A stretch of DNA of 64,000 nucleotides, from assembly GCA_945881885.1 (NCBI GenBank), contig CAMCVI010000002.1, positions 19,710-83,709 on the forward strand, given 5' to 3'. Of the stretch, positions 45,369-54,209 are shown piece by piece. A program made the translations under genes and the position numbers. The DNA comes from Chryseobacterium gleum. Its GTDB lineage: Bacteria > Bacteroidota > Bacteroidia > Flavobacteriales > Flavobacteriaceae. The notes beneath the pieces are model-generated. The model ran no database searches. It was not told the origin of the DNA and saw nothing but the letters and a program-made list of their open reading frames with translations. Every line of letters starts with the position of its first letter. Positions within the stretch are counted from its first letter, which is position 1.

Positions 45369-46997
45369 ATGAAAAAAATTCTTCCAATAATAATAGTACT
45401 TCTTGTAACGCTGTTATTTTTTTATGTTTCGCTTCCGGTAATAAGTTATGGTTTTTCAGGAATAACCGTTTTATTTATAATTATTGCGGCTTTGTTATTT
45501 TTTACTTTTTCTAAATTCACAATTAGTTCAGATGGCAAAAGTTACAAACCAGTTCAAGTTTTTTGGAAAATACCAGCAATTTTGATCGGAATTGCTGTTC
45601 TGTATGCATTTGTATTGCCTTTTTTTACATCGCACCCCGTTTTTAGAAATGAAGAATATAGAAACTTAATAGGGAAAGTAACAAATGGCGATAAATTGAC
45701 CAATCATATTGCTCCAATTTCAATGAATGAAATTCGAGTTGTAGATGAATCTTTAGCTTATTTATTAGGTGAAAAAATATTGGGTTCTCAACCTGCTTTA
45801 GGAAGTCAGGCGCAATTAGGTGAATTTTTCATACAAAAAGTAAACGGAAAATTATATTGGATTGCCCCATTAGAACATTCTGGGTTTTTTAAATGGCTAA
45901 ACAACAAAAAAGGAACAACTGGATATGTAATGGTTTCTGCTACGAATGAAAGAGATGTGAAATTAGTACAAGAAGTAAATGGAAAACCAATTTTTCTAAA
46001 GTACCAACAAGAAGCCTATTTTCAAAGTAATTTACACCGTTATTTATATTTTAATGGTTACAACACAGTAGGTTTAACTGATTTTTCTTTTGAAATTGAC
46101 GATGCAGGAGTGCCATATTGGGTGGTTACTAAATACAAAAAACAGGTTGGTTTTTCTGGAAATGATGCCACAGGAGTTATTGTAGTGAATGCGCAAAACG
46201 GAGATATTAAAGAATATAATATTAAAAACACGCCGGCTTGGGTAGATAGAATTCAACCGATTTCATTTATTAAAGACCAATTAAATGATTGGGGCGAATA
46301 CGTAAAAGGATATTGGAATTTTTCTAATGAAAACAAACTTCAAATTACAGAAGATTTAACTTTAGTTTACGGAAAAGACAATAAATCATATTGGTACACT
46401 GGAATTACTTCGGTAGGAAAAGATGAATCTGCAGTAGGATTTGTGATGGTTGACACACGAACCAAACAAACTACATTTTATAAACAAAGTGGTGCAACCG
46501 AAATTGCCGCTCAAAGTTCGGCACAAGGAAAAGTACAAGAAAAAGGTTTTGTGGCGTCGTTGCCTATTCCGTATAACATTAACAACATTCCAACTTATGT
46601 AATGACGTTAAAAGATAATGGTGGATTAGTAAAAATGTACGCCATGGTTTCCATTTCAGATTACACAATTGTAGGAACAGGAAATACGATGCGAGAAGCA
46701 TTAACTGCATACAAAACTGCATTTAATTCGTCTGGAAATAAAATAAATGTAGATAGCAAATCGGCAAAAAAAGTTGTAGAATCAACTATTGTAAGAATTC
46801 AAAATGATGTTAAAAATGGAAATAGTTTTTATTATTTTACAGTAAAAGATTATCCAAATATTTTTGTTGGTTCTTCTCAAATCTCAAATCAATTGCCATT
46901 AACTGCTGTTGGAGATAGGGTAAAAATTTCATTTGATTTAGATACTGAAGAAATTATTGATGTTTCACAATTTGAGAATTTAAGTTTGAAAAAATAA
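45369..46997 (+). CDS. Hypothetical membrane-anchored protein, family not recognised
   Basis: 542 aa; three N-terminal hydrophobic segments, then a large soluble part. No motif I can name. Confidence 0.6.
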   Translation: MKKILPIIIVLLVTLLFFYVSLPVISYGFSGITVLFIIIAALLFFTFSKFTISSDGKSYKPVQVFWKIPAILIGIAVLYAFVLPFFTSHPVFRNEEYRNLIGKVTNGDKLTNHIAPISMNEIRVVDESLAYLLGEKILGSQPALGSQAQLGEFFIQKVNGKLYWIAPLEHSGFFKWLNNKKGTTGYVMVSATNERDVKLVQEVNGKPIFLKYQQEAYFQSNLHRYLYFNGYNTVGLTDFSFEIDDAGVPYWVVTKYKKQVGFSGNDATGVIVVNAQNGDIKEYNIKNTPAWVDRIQPISFIKDQLNDWGEYVKGYWNFSNENKLQITEDLTLVYGKDNKSYWYTGITSVGKDESAVGFVMVDTRTKQTTFYKQSGATEIAAQSSAQGKVQEKGFVASLPIPYNINNIPTYVMTLKDNGGLVKMYAMVSISDYTIVGTGNTMREALTAYKTAFNSSGNKINVDSKSAKKVVESTIVRIQNDVKNGNSFYYFTVKDYPNIFVGSSQISNQLPLTAVGDRVKISFDLDTEEIIDVSQFENLSLKK

Positions 46998-47036
46998 AAA
47001 AAAGGGGAATTTCTAAATTGAAATTTCCCTTTTTTA
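46998..47036. terminator. Bidirectional terminator between the 542-aa gene and the pirin gene
   Basis: A-run, GGGAATTTC / GAAATTTCCC stem with one bulge, T6. Confidence 0.7.
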
Positions 47037-47057
47037 ATTTTCTATGTGCCTATTTTT

Positions 47058-47774
47058 TTATTGTTCCATTGGAATTTCCATTAACAAAAACTTTGCATCA
47101 GTTGTAGCCGAAAATTCCAAATTTTGAAAATTCCAAATTCCGAAACCATCACGAGTTGCTAATTCTTGACCATTAACCGTAATCATTCCAGAAATCACAA
47201 AAACATACATGCCATTTCCTTCTTTTTTAAGTTCGTACGTTTTAGAAAAATCCTTATCGAAATCAGCTAAATGAAACCAAGCATCTTGATGAATCCAAAC
47301 TCCAGCATCATCTGCATTTGGGGACAAAATTTGAGCGAAATTATTTTTTTGTTTGGCAACATCTAAAGTAATTTGTTGGTATCTGGGTGTTACATTTCTG
47401 GTTTTTGGAAACAACCAAATTTGAAACAATTTTGTTTGTAAATCAGCATTTGGATTGAACTCACTGTGTTGAATTCCAGTTCCGGCACTCATTACTTGTA
47501 CATCGCCTGTTTTGATAATGGATTCATTTCCCATACTATCTTTGTGCGCCAAATCGCCTTCTAAAGGAATGGTAATAATCTCCATATTATCGTGTGGATG
47601 CGTGCCAAAACCCATTCCAGCAGCAACAGTATCGTCATTTAAAACTCGTAAAGTTCCAAATTGAACCCTTTCTGGATTGTACCAACTTGCGAAACTAAAA
47701 CTATGGTAAGCATTTAACCAACCGTGATCAGCGTGACCTCTTGTATTTGCTTTGTGTAAAACTATATTTTCCAT
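47058..47774 (-). CDS. Pirin family protein
   Basis: 238 aa; bicupin; GFGTHPHDNMEIITIPLEG metal-binding His cluster. Confidence 0.9.
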   Translation of the reverse strand: MENIVLHKANTRGHADHGWLNAYHSFSFASWYNPERVQFGTLRVLNDDTVAAGMGFGTHPHDNMEIITIPLEGDLAHKDSMGNESIIKTGDVQVMSAGTGIQHSEFNPNADLQTKLFQIWLFPKTRNVTPRYQQITLDVAKQKNNFAQILSPNADDAGVWIHQDAWFHLADFDKDFSKTYELKKEGNGMYVFVISGMITVNGQELATRDGFGIWNFQNLEFSATTDAKFLLMEIPMEQ

Positions 47775-47782
47775 AAAATTTT

Positions 47783-48124
47783 CTATAATTTTGGTTGTTG
47801 TATGGGCATTAATTTAAAGTACGTTACAAAAAATATATTATTTTTTAATTCTCCAACAACTTCTGCTTTTCTGATACGTGCACAAAATCCGTCTTTGGCA
47901 TGGGCATCGCCATGAGAATCTAGTAAAGTTCCTTTCACAAAATAAGTTTTACCTTCAATACGAATGGCTAAATCACAGCCGTGACCTTCCATTCCAAATT
48001 GACATTGGCCACAGGAAGCTTCTACAATTTGAATTTTTGAAGTTTCTTTTTTTTCTTGTGAAAAAATAATTGAGCTGTAAAATATCAGCAAAAATAAAAG
48101 TATTTTCTTCATTTTCTTAAGCAT
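47783..48124 (-). CDS. Small secreted Cys/His-rich protein (DUF6370-like, recalled)
   Basis: 113 aa (or 109 from the second Met at 48112); signal peptide; [14 protein letters not shown]...[11 protein letters not shown]. Confidence 0.6.
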   Translation of the reverse strand: MLKKMKKILLFLLIFYSSIIFSQEKKETSKIQIVEASCGQCQFGMEGHGCDLAIRIEGKTYFVKGTLLDSHGDAHAKDGFCARIRKAEVVGELKNNIFFVTYFKLMPIQQPKL

Positions 48125-49286
48125 TTACTGTTACTAAAGTAGCCATTTTTATTGCTCTTTCAACAATTTCTTCAATTGGTGTATCTAATTTATCATAATT
48201 TAACACCACACCCATTCTTCTGTAAGGACGAGAAGTTGGTTTTCCGAACAATCTAAAATCTGTTTTAGGTTGAAACGCTAGCTTTTCAATTCCAGAAAAA
48301 GTTGGATGATCTGCATTTTCGGATGCTAAAATTACGGCACTTGCACCTGCTCTTTCTTGTGTAATTTCATAAATTGGTAAACTTAAAATCGCACGTAAAT
48401 GTAATTCAAATTCGTTAAAATTTTGTGTGTTGGCTAAAGTTACCATTCCAGTGTCGTGAGGTCTTGGCGATAACTCTGAAAAATATACGCCTTCGTTAGT
48501 TAAAAAGAACTCTACTCCAAAAAGTCCTGCGCCACCTAACGCTTTTGTGACTTGTTTGGCCATATCTTGTGCATCTGAAATATCAGCTTCTGAAACTCGA
48601 GCTGGTTGCCAACTTTCCTGATAATCGCCTCGTTCTTGGCGGTGTCCAATTGGTGCGCAAAACAAAGTGGGTAAATTATTATTTTGAGTTACCGTTAAAA
48701 GCGTAATTTCTGAATTAAAATTTACGAAAGCTTCTACAATTACTTCTACAATATCTCCTCTTGAACCTTCTACTGCATATTTCCAAGCTTTTTCAATATC
48801 ATCATTAGATTTTATTGTAGATTGTCCTTTTCCAGATGAGCTCATTAAGGGTTTTACAACACATGGCATTCCGACTTCGGTAACTGATTTTTGTAATGCT
48901 TCGAAAGATGTAGCATAACGATAATTAGCCGTTTTTAAACCTAATTCTTTTGCTGCTAAATCCCGAATGGCTTTTCTGTTCATAGTAAAATTAGCCGCTT
49001 TTGCAGATGGCACAACGGTAATTCCTTGCTTTTCATAGTCGTAAAAACGTTCAGTACGAATGGCTTCAATTTCAGGAACAATAAAATCGGGTTGGTGCTT
49101 GGCTACAATTCTGTCTAATTCGGCGCCATCTAACATATTAATTACTTCGAAACCTTGAGCGACTTGCATTGCGGGTGCATTTTCGTAGCTATCTACAGCA
49201 ATTACTGTTTGGCCAATTCGTTGAGCTGCAATTACAAACTCTTTTCCTAATTCACCAGAACCTAATAGTAGTATTTTTTTATTCAT
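48117..49286 (-). CDS. purT: Formate-dependent phosphoribosylglycinamide formyltransferase
   Basis: 389 aa; ATP-grasp; [12 protein letters not shown]-terminus. Confidence 0.95.
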   Translation of the reverse strand: MNKKILLLGSGELGKEFVIAAQRIGQTVIAVDSYENAPAMQVAQGFEVINMLDGAELDRIVAKHQPDFIVPEIEAIRTERFYDYEKQGITVVPSAKAANFTMNRKAIRDLAAKELGLKTANYRYATSFEALQKSVTEVGMPCVVKPLMSSSGKGQSTIKSNDDIEKAWKYAVEGSRGDIVEVIVEAFVNFNSEITLLTVTQNNNLPTLFCAPIGHRQERGDYQESWQPARVSEADISDAQDMAKQVTKALGGAGLFGVEFFLTNEGVYFSELSPRPHDTGMVTLANTQNFNEFELHLRAILSLPIYEITQERAGASAVILASENADHPTFSGIEKLAFQPKTDFRLFGKPTSRPYRRMGVVLNYDKLDTPIEEIVERAIKMATLVTVNA

Positions 49287-49312
49287 TTTTTAATGTGTTT
49301 AGAAAACAGATG

Positions 49313-49392
49313 TGCGTTAGGGAATGCAGTGAAAATCCTTTTATTTTTCATAAAAGATTGTAACGGAATGCCCGACCTGAAAGGGAACGCCC
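49313..49392. repeat. Isolated G+C-richer structured intergenic element
   Basis: GCGTT (49313) pairs with AACGC (49386). There is a central 9-bp hairpin with one bulge at 49334..49359. GGAATGC occurs twice (49321, 49365). It sits between the aminotransferase stop and the purT start. Confidence 0.6.
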
Positions 49393-49397
49393 AAAAA

Positions 49398-50585
49398 TTA
49401 TACTAAAGATTCTTTGATTCTTTTCAAAGCTTCAATTAGTTGTTCTTCGCAAGTTGCGTAAGAAAGTCGTAAGCAATTTGGACTTCCAAAAGCATCGCCT
49501 GTTACGGTTGCTACGTTGGCTTCTGCTAATAAATACATAGCAAAATCCGTTGCATCTTTTATTTCAGTACCTCTTAAAGTTTTTCCAAAGTAATAAGAAA
49601 CATCTGGAAATACATAAAATGCGCCGTCAGGGTTGGTTAATTTGAATCCTGGAATGTTTTTCATTAATCCGAAAACTAAATCGCGGCGTTTTTGAAATGC
49701 ATCCACCATATATTTAATTTTAGAAGGATTGGCTTGTAAAGCTGCAATTGTGGCGCGTTGTGCAATTGAATTGGCGCCGCTTGTTACTTGTCCTTGTATT
49801 TTTGTACAGGCTTTTGCTATAAATTCTGGAGCACCGATGTAACCAATTCTCCATCCTGTCATAGCAAATGCCTTAGCCACTCCATTTACTGTAATGGTAT
49901 TGTTTTCCATGCCTTCAATTGAACCAATTGAACAATAGGTATTTGTATAATTGATATGTTCGTAAATTTCATCTGAAACAACATATACATTTGGATATTT
50001 TTTTAAAACTGCGACTAAAGCTGTTAATTCTTCTTTATTATAAATCGAACCAGAGGGATTACAAGGAGAACTGAACCACATCATTTTTGTTTTTGGTGTG
50101 ATAGCAGCTTCCAGTTGTTCTGGTGTGATTTTAAAATTTGTTTCAACTGAAGTTGGAACTTCCACTGGAATTCCACCAGAAAGTTTGATAATTTCAAAAT
50201 AAGAAACCCAAAATGGTGCTGGTAGAATTACTTCATCACCATCGTTTAGCATTACTTGTGCAATATTGTATAAAGATTGTTTGGCACCTGTTGAAATTAC
50301 AACCTGATTTGGACTATAGTTTAAATTATTATCTCTTTTAAATTTTGCGCAAATAGCTTCTTTCAATTCTAAATAACCATCCACAGGGGAATAAGTTGAA
50401 TAATTATCATCGATGGCTTGTTTGGCCGCTTCTTTTATAAAATCTGGCGTATTGAAATCTGGTTCGCCTAGGCTTAGACTAATAATGTCTTTTCCTTGTT
50501 GTTTTAATTCTCTTGCCAATGCTGCCATTGCTAAAGTTTGAGAAACAGCAAGATTGTTAATTCTTTCAGATAAAATGTTATTCAT
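49398..50585 (-). CDS. PLP-dependent aminotransferase (aspartate aminotransferase-like, class I)
   Basis: 395 aa; NPSG, SDEIY and GVAKAFAMTGWRIGY (PLP Lys). Confidence 0.9.
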   Translation of the reverse strand: MNNILSERINNLAVSQTLAMAALARELKQQGKDIISLSLGEPDFNTPDFIKEAAKQAIDDNYSTYSPVDGYLELKEAICAKFKRDNNLNYSPNQVVISTGAKQSLYNIAQVMLNDGDEVILPAPFWVSYFEIIKLSGGIPVEVPTSVETNFKITPEQLEAAITPKTKMMWFSSPCNPSGSIYNKEELTALVAVLKKYPNVYVVSDEIYEHINYTNTYCSIGSIEGMENNTITVNGVAKAFAMTGWRIGYIGAPEFIAKACTKIQGQVTSGANSIAQRATIAALQANPSKIKYMVDAFQKRRDLVFGLMKNIPGFKLTNPDGAFYVFPDVSYYFGKTLRGTEIKDATDFAMYLLAEANVATVTGDAFGSPNCLRLSYATCEEQLIEALKRIKESLV

Positions 50586-50613
50586 GTTGGGATGTTAAAT
50601 ATGAAATAAATTA

Positions 50614-50640
50614 AGAAACGCGATAAATCGCGTTTCTATT
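50614..50640 (-). terminator. Terminator hairpin after the desaturase gene
   Basis: AGAAACGCGAT / ATCGCGTTTCT 10-11 bp stem with T-rich flanks. Confidence 0.65.
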
Positions 50641-50643
50641 TTA

Positions 50644-51735
50644 TTATGCTAATTGAGGTTGTTTGCCAAGCTCTTTTAAATGTCTGAAATGGGCTATTAC
50701 AGCGCTTCTCATGGTTTGGTATTCAAAATACGGTAAATCACATTCGGCAGCAGTTTGTTTGACGAATTCTGCAATTTTTCCGTAATGAACATGACTGATA
50801 TTTGGAAATATGTGGTGTTCTATTTGATGATTAAGTCCGCCAGTATACCAATTTACAATCCAGTTTTTAGGGGCGAAATTTACGGTAGTTAATAATTGGT
50901 GTATGGCCCAAGTATTTTCAATTTCACCTTCTTCATTTGGATGTGGATTTATGGTATCTTCTGTTATATGTGCCAATTGAAAAACAATACTTAATATCAT
51001 TCCAGCTGTATAATGCATTATGAAAAAACCAATTAATATTACCCACCAGCTTGCTGCTCCAAAAATTAAAGGTAAAACAATCCAAAAACTAAAATATACG
51101 ATTTTTGAGATTACTAAACCCGTCCAAAGTGTTTTAGGATTAGGTGTGTTTCCATAAGATAATTTTCTTTTTAAATAACCGCCCATTTGTTTAAAATCCG
51201 TAGTTAAACACCAATTTATAGTAAGCAATCCATATAAAAATATAGAATAATAATGTTGAAAAGCATGAAATTTATACCATGTAGCTTCTTTAGTGAAACG
51301 GATTACTCTTCCCGCGTCTAAATCTTCGTCATGACCCGGAATATTCGTATAAGTGTGGTGTAATACATTGTGTTGCACTTGCCAATTGTAAACATTTCCA
51401 GCTAAAATATAGATACTTCCACCCATTATTTTATTTAACCAATTTTTGGATGAATACGACCCATGATTTCCATCATGCATTACATTCATACCCACACCGG
51501 CCATACCTATACCTATGATTACAGAAGCAAAAAGATATACCAAAACAGGAATGTCAATGAAAAATATTACAAAAAACGGAATGAAAAACAAACCGAACAT
51601 AATGCACGTCTTAATGTGTAGTTTCCAGTTCCCTGTTTTATTAATGTTGTGTTCATTAAAATAGTCGTTAACTCTTTTATTTAGTGTTCTAAAAAATTGA
51701 TTTTTATCTGTTCTTGAAAAAGTTGGTGTCTGCAT
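50644..51735 (-). CDS. Membrane fatty acid desaturase
   Basis: 363 aa; three His boxes (HDGNHG, HNVLHH, HQIEHH). Confidence 0.9.
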   Translation of the reverse strand: MQTPTFSRTDKNQFFRTLNKRVNDYFNEHNINKTGNWKLHIKTCIMFGLFFIPFFVIFFIDIPVLVYLFASVIIGIGMAGVGMNVMHDGNHGSYSSKNWLNKIMGGSIYILAGNVYNWQVQHNVLHHTYTNIPGHDEDLDAGRVIRFTKEATWYKFHAFQHYYSIFLYGLLTINWCLTTDFKQMGGYLKRKLSYGNTPNPKTLWTGLVISKIVYFSFWIVLPLIFGAASWWVILIGFFIMHYTAGMILSIVFQLAHITEDTINPHPNEEGEIENTWAIHQLLTTVNFAPKNWIVNWYTGGLNHQIEHHIFPNISHVHYGKIAEFVKQTAAECDLPYFEYQTMRSAVIAHFRHLKELGKQPQLA

Positions 51736-51763
51736 TTTCGTTAGAATTTTTTATATTAATTTA

Positions 51764-51771
51764 CAAATGTA
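51764..51771 (-). promoter_or_regulatory. Candidate -7 box (TACATTTG on the minus strand) for the desaturase gene
   Basis: Plus-strand CAAATGTA, 28 nt from the ATG at 51735. Confidence 0.45.
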
Positions 51772-51823
51772 CTAATATTTATCTAAAAATTATTATGATA
51801 AATATCATATCATTTAAAAATTG

Positions 51824-51831
51824 TATTTTTG
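51824..51831 (+). promoter_or_regulatory. Candidate -7 box for rsmG
   Basis: TATTTTTG, 17 nt before the TTG at 51849. Confidence 0.5.
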
Positions 51832-51848
51832 CAAATAAAAACAATAAT

Positions 51849-52478
51849 TTGGAACTGATTTTAAAATATTTCCCCGATTTAACCCCTATTCAGATTGAAC
51901 AATTCACAAAATTATACGATTTGTATATTGATTGGAATTCTAAAATTAATGTGATTTCTAGAAAAGACATTGAAGAACTTTATTCTAGACATGTTTTGCA
52001 TTCTTTAGGTATTGCAAAAGTGATTCAATTTCAGCCGGGTGCATCAATTTTGGACGTAGGAACTGGCGGAGGTTTTCCAGGGATTCCATTGGCTATTTTA
52101 TTTCCTGAAACGCAATTTTATTTGATAGATATTATTGCGAAAAAAATAAAAGTGGTTAAAGAAGTAGCAAAAGGTTTGGGTTTAAAAAACGTAAAAGCGG
52201 AACAGAAAAGAGCAGAATTAGTAAAAGAAGAGTTCGATTTTATTGTAAGCCGAGCGGTTACCAATATGCCGGATTTTGTAAAATGGACAAAAGACAAAAC
52301 TAAGAAAAATGCAGTTCACAAATTAAAAAACGGTATTTTATATTTAAAAGGTGGAGATTTAACAGAAGAATTGGCTGCATACAAAACAGTGCAATTATTT
52401 GATTTACCAGATTTTTTTGAAGAAGATTTTTTTGAAACCAAAAAGGTAGTGTATTTGCCTTTAAAATATAAATCATAA
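51849..52478 (+). CDS. rsmG: 16S rRNA m7G527 methyltransferase
   Basis: The TTG start gives M-ELILKYFPDLTPIQIEQF and a family-typical length of about 209 aa. DVGTGGGFPGIP SAM motif. The ATG at 51795 and the ORF-track start at 51714 lie upstream of the -7 box. Confidence 0.8.
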   Translation: MELILKYFPDLTPIQIEQFTKLYDLYIDWNSKINVISRKDIEELYSRHVLHSLGIAKVIQFQPGASILDVGTGGGFPGIPLAILFPETQFYLIDIIAKKIKVVKEVAKGLGLKNVKAEQKRAELVKEEFDFIVSRAVTNMPDFVKWTKDKTKKNAVHKLKNGILYLKGGDLTEELAAYKTVQLFDLPDFFEEDFFETKKVVYLPLKYKS

Positions 52479-52484
52479 TAACAA

Positions 52485-53831
52485 CTATAATCTTGTTGCG
52501 TTAATAATTTTATAAATTTCAATGGCTTTTCCATCAGTCAATAATGACACAAACTGACAAATATTTAATAATTTATCATACATCGTTTCTTTATGGCTTT
52601 TGTATTTTTCTGGCAAAATATTCATGATTAATTTATCAAAATTTGTGCCTGAATTATTTGAAGTATTAATGTAGGCTTGAATAAAAACATCTAATAATGT
52701 ATGTATAACTTTATATCCAATAATTTCTTTTTCAATTACTTCTTTAGATTGATAAATATTTTTCACACTAATTTCAATAATGTCAGAAATTTGGGCTTTA
52801 TACTGACTTTTGTCCATCAAAGAAACTGAAAATTCGCCTTTCAAAATGGCTGTTTCATTTTCCATAAATACAGAAACTGCATCATTTATTAAGCTGCCAA
52901 TTGCTAACGCTCGCAAATAACTAATTCTGTCTTCTTTGGTTTTTAGTTCATTATATTTTTTGGAATCAATAGATTTTTGAACCAACTTTATTAAATATTC
53001 TAAAGCAAAATCTTCATTAATTAATCCTAATTTTATTCCATCCTCAAAGTCAATTATCGTGTAGCAAATATCATCTGCCGCTTCCACTAAAAAAGCTAAA
53101 GGATGACGAAAATAGGCTACATCTGGATTCGATTTATTTGAAATCATACCCAACTCCGAAGCTACTTCTTGAAAGAATTTTTTGTCTTGTTGAAAAAACC
53201 CGTACTTTTTATCGCAAATATTTGAAGTAGGTTTTTTGGGCAAACTTTCTTTTGGATATTTCATAAAAGTTCCCAAAGTTGCATAAGACAAACGTAAAGC
53301 GCCTTCAACACCTTCTCTATTTGAAGTTAAAATAGAAAAACCATTTGCATTTCCTTCAAAATCAATAATATCTTGCCATTCTTTTGCTGTTACATCCGAT
53401 TTATATTTCTGTCCACTTCCTGAAGAAAAATATTCGCCAATTGCTTTTTCTCCTGAATGTCCAAATGGAGGGTTTCCAATATCGTGAGACAAACAAGCTG
53501 CTGCCACTATCGCGCCAAAATCATTTAATTGATAGCCGTGAATTTCTTTTAAATGTGGGTATTTTTCTAAAATTTTTTTTCCAACTAACCTTCCTATGGA
53601 ACGACCAACAACAGAAACTTCCAAACTATGCGTCAAACGCGTGTGTACAAAGTCTGTTTTTGAAAGCGGAATTACTTGTGTTTTGTCTTGAAGCAAACGA
53701 AATTCTGAAGAAAAGATAATTCTATCATAATCTACTTCAAAACCCAAACGGGTGTCGTCTTGTTCTTTTCGTAATCTTTTGCTAGTGTCGCCTTGTCGTT
53801 TTAAAGACAAAAGTTGTTCCCACTTCATCAT
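52485..53831 (-). CDS. dgt: dGTP triphosphohydrolase-like HD-domain protein
   Basis: 448 aa; RLTHSLEV and CLSHDIGNPPFGH HD motifs. Confidence 0.9.
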   Translation of the reverse strand: MMKWEQLLSLKRQGDTSKRLRKEQDDTRLGFEVDYDRIIFSSEFRLLQDKTQVIPLSKTDFVHTRLTHSLEVSVVGRSIGRLVGKKILEKYPHLKEIHGYQLNDFGAIVAAACLSHDIGNPPFGHSGEKAIGEYFSSGSGQKYKSDVTAKEWQDIIDFEGNANGFSILTSNREGVEGALRLSYATLGTFMKYPKESLPKKPTSNICDKKYGFFQQDKKFFQEVASELGMISNKSNPDVAYFRHPLAFLVEAADDICYTIIDFEDGIKLGLINEDFALEYLIKLVQKSIDSKKYNELKTKEDRISYLRALAIGSLINDAVSVFMENETAILKGEFSVSLMDKSQYKAQISDIIEISVKNIYQSKEVIEKEIIGYKVIHTLLDVFIQAYINTSNNSGTNFDKLIMNILPEKYKSHKETMYDKLLNICQFVSLLTDGKAIEIYKIINATRL

Positions 53832-53871
53832 TATAGTCGGTTTTAGAAATACGAAGATAGGAATTTAGAAA

Positions 53872-53899
53872 TAAAAAAATCCTTCGTATTGAAGGATTT
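53872..53899 (-). terminator. Rho-independent terminator of the 73-aa gene
   Basis: AATCCTTC / GAAGGATT stem. The T-run on the minus strand is the plus-strand A7. Confidence 0.75.
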
Positions 53900-53904
53900 T
53901 AAAT

Positions 53905-54126
53905 TTACTCTTTTAAATTAGATAAGAAAAACAAACTCGATTTTTTTGGATACTTATCATAACTTTTATCGCTAGGGTTTTCAATAACGGTTTTCAGATT
54001 TACCTCATCGCCAATTTTAAACTTTGAAACCACTAATTTATAATCTAACATATACGGTCCGCAGAAAAAATTTCCGTCAGCGTCTTGTTCAATTAATCCT
54101 GTATAAACTCCTTTTTCTTTTGCCAT
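53905..54126 (-). CDS. Hypothetical small protein
   Basis: 73 aa; flanked by its own -7 box and terminator. No recognised motif. Confidence 0.5.
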   Translation of the reverse strand: MAKEKGVYTGLIEQDADGNFFCGPYMLDYKLVVSKFKIGDEVNLKTVIENPSDKSYDKYPKKSSLFFLSNLKE

Positions 54127-54140
54127 GATTTTATTTTTTT

Positions 54141-54148
54141 CAAAGGTA
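54141..54148 (-). promoter_or_regulatory. Candidate -7 box (TACCTTTG on the minus strand) for the 73-aa gene
   Basis: Plus-strand CAAAGGTA, 14 nt from the ATG at 54126. Confidence 0.45.
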
Positions 54149-54182
54149 TAAAAAAACAGGCATTAAAAATAATGCCTGTTTT
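54149..54182 (-). terminator. Rho-independent terminator of nrdA
   Basis: AAACAGGCATT / AATGCCTGTTT 11-bp stem. The T-run on the minus strand is the plus-strand A-run 54149..54156. Confidence 0.8.
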
Positions 54183-54209
54183 GAAAAACTATTTCAATTT
54201 ATTTTCTAA

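Noticed and set aside
49287-49397. Purine or ZTP riboswitch upstream of purT.
   Set aside because: I could not find the conserved purine-riboswitch loop-loop sequences or the ZTP GGGUCGUGAC...CCGCCUGGGC-type core. The element looks like a dispersed repeat with direct GGAATGC words. It is kept as a finding of unknown nature, not as a riboswitch.
51714-51848. Upstream extension of rsmG overlapping the desaturase start.
   Set aside because: The extension is hydrophobic junk upstream of the TATTTTTG box. The TTG at 51849 gives the conserved ELILKYFPDL N-terminus.
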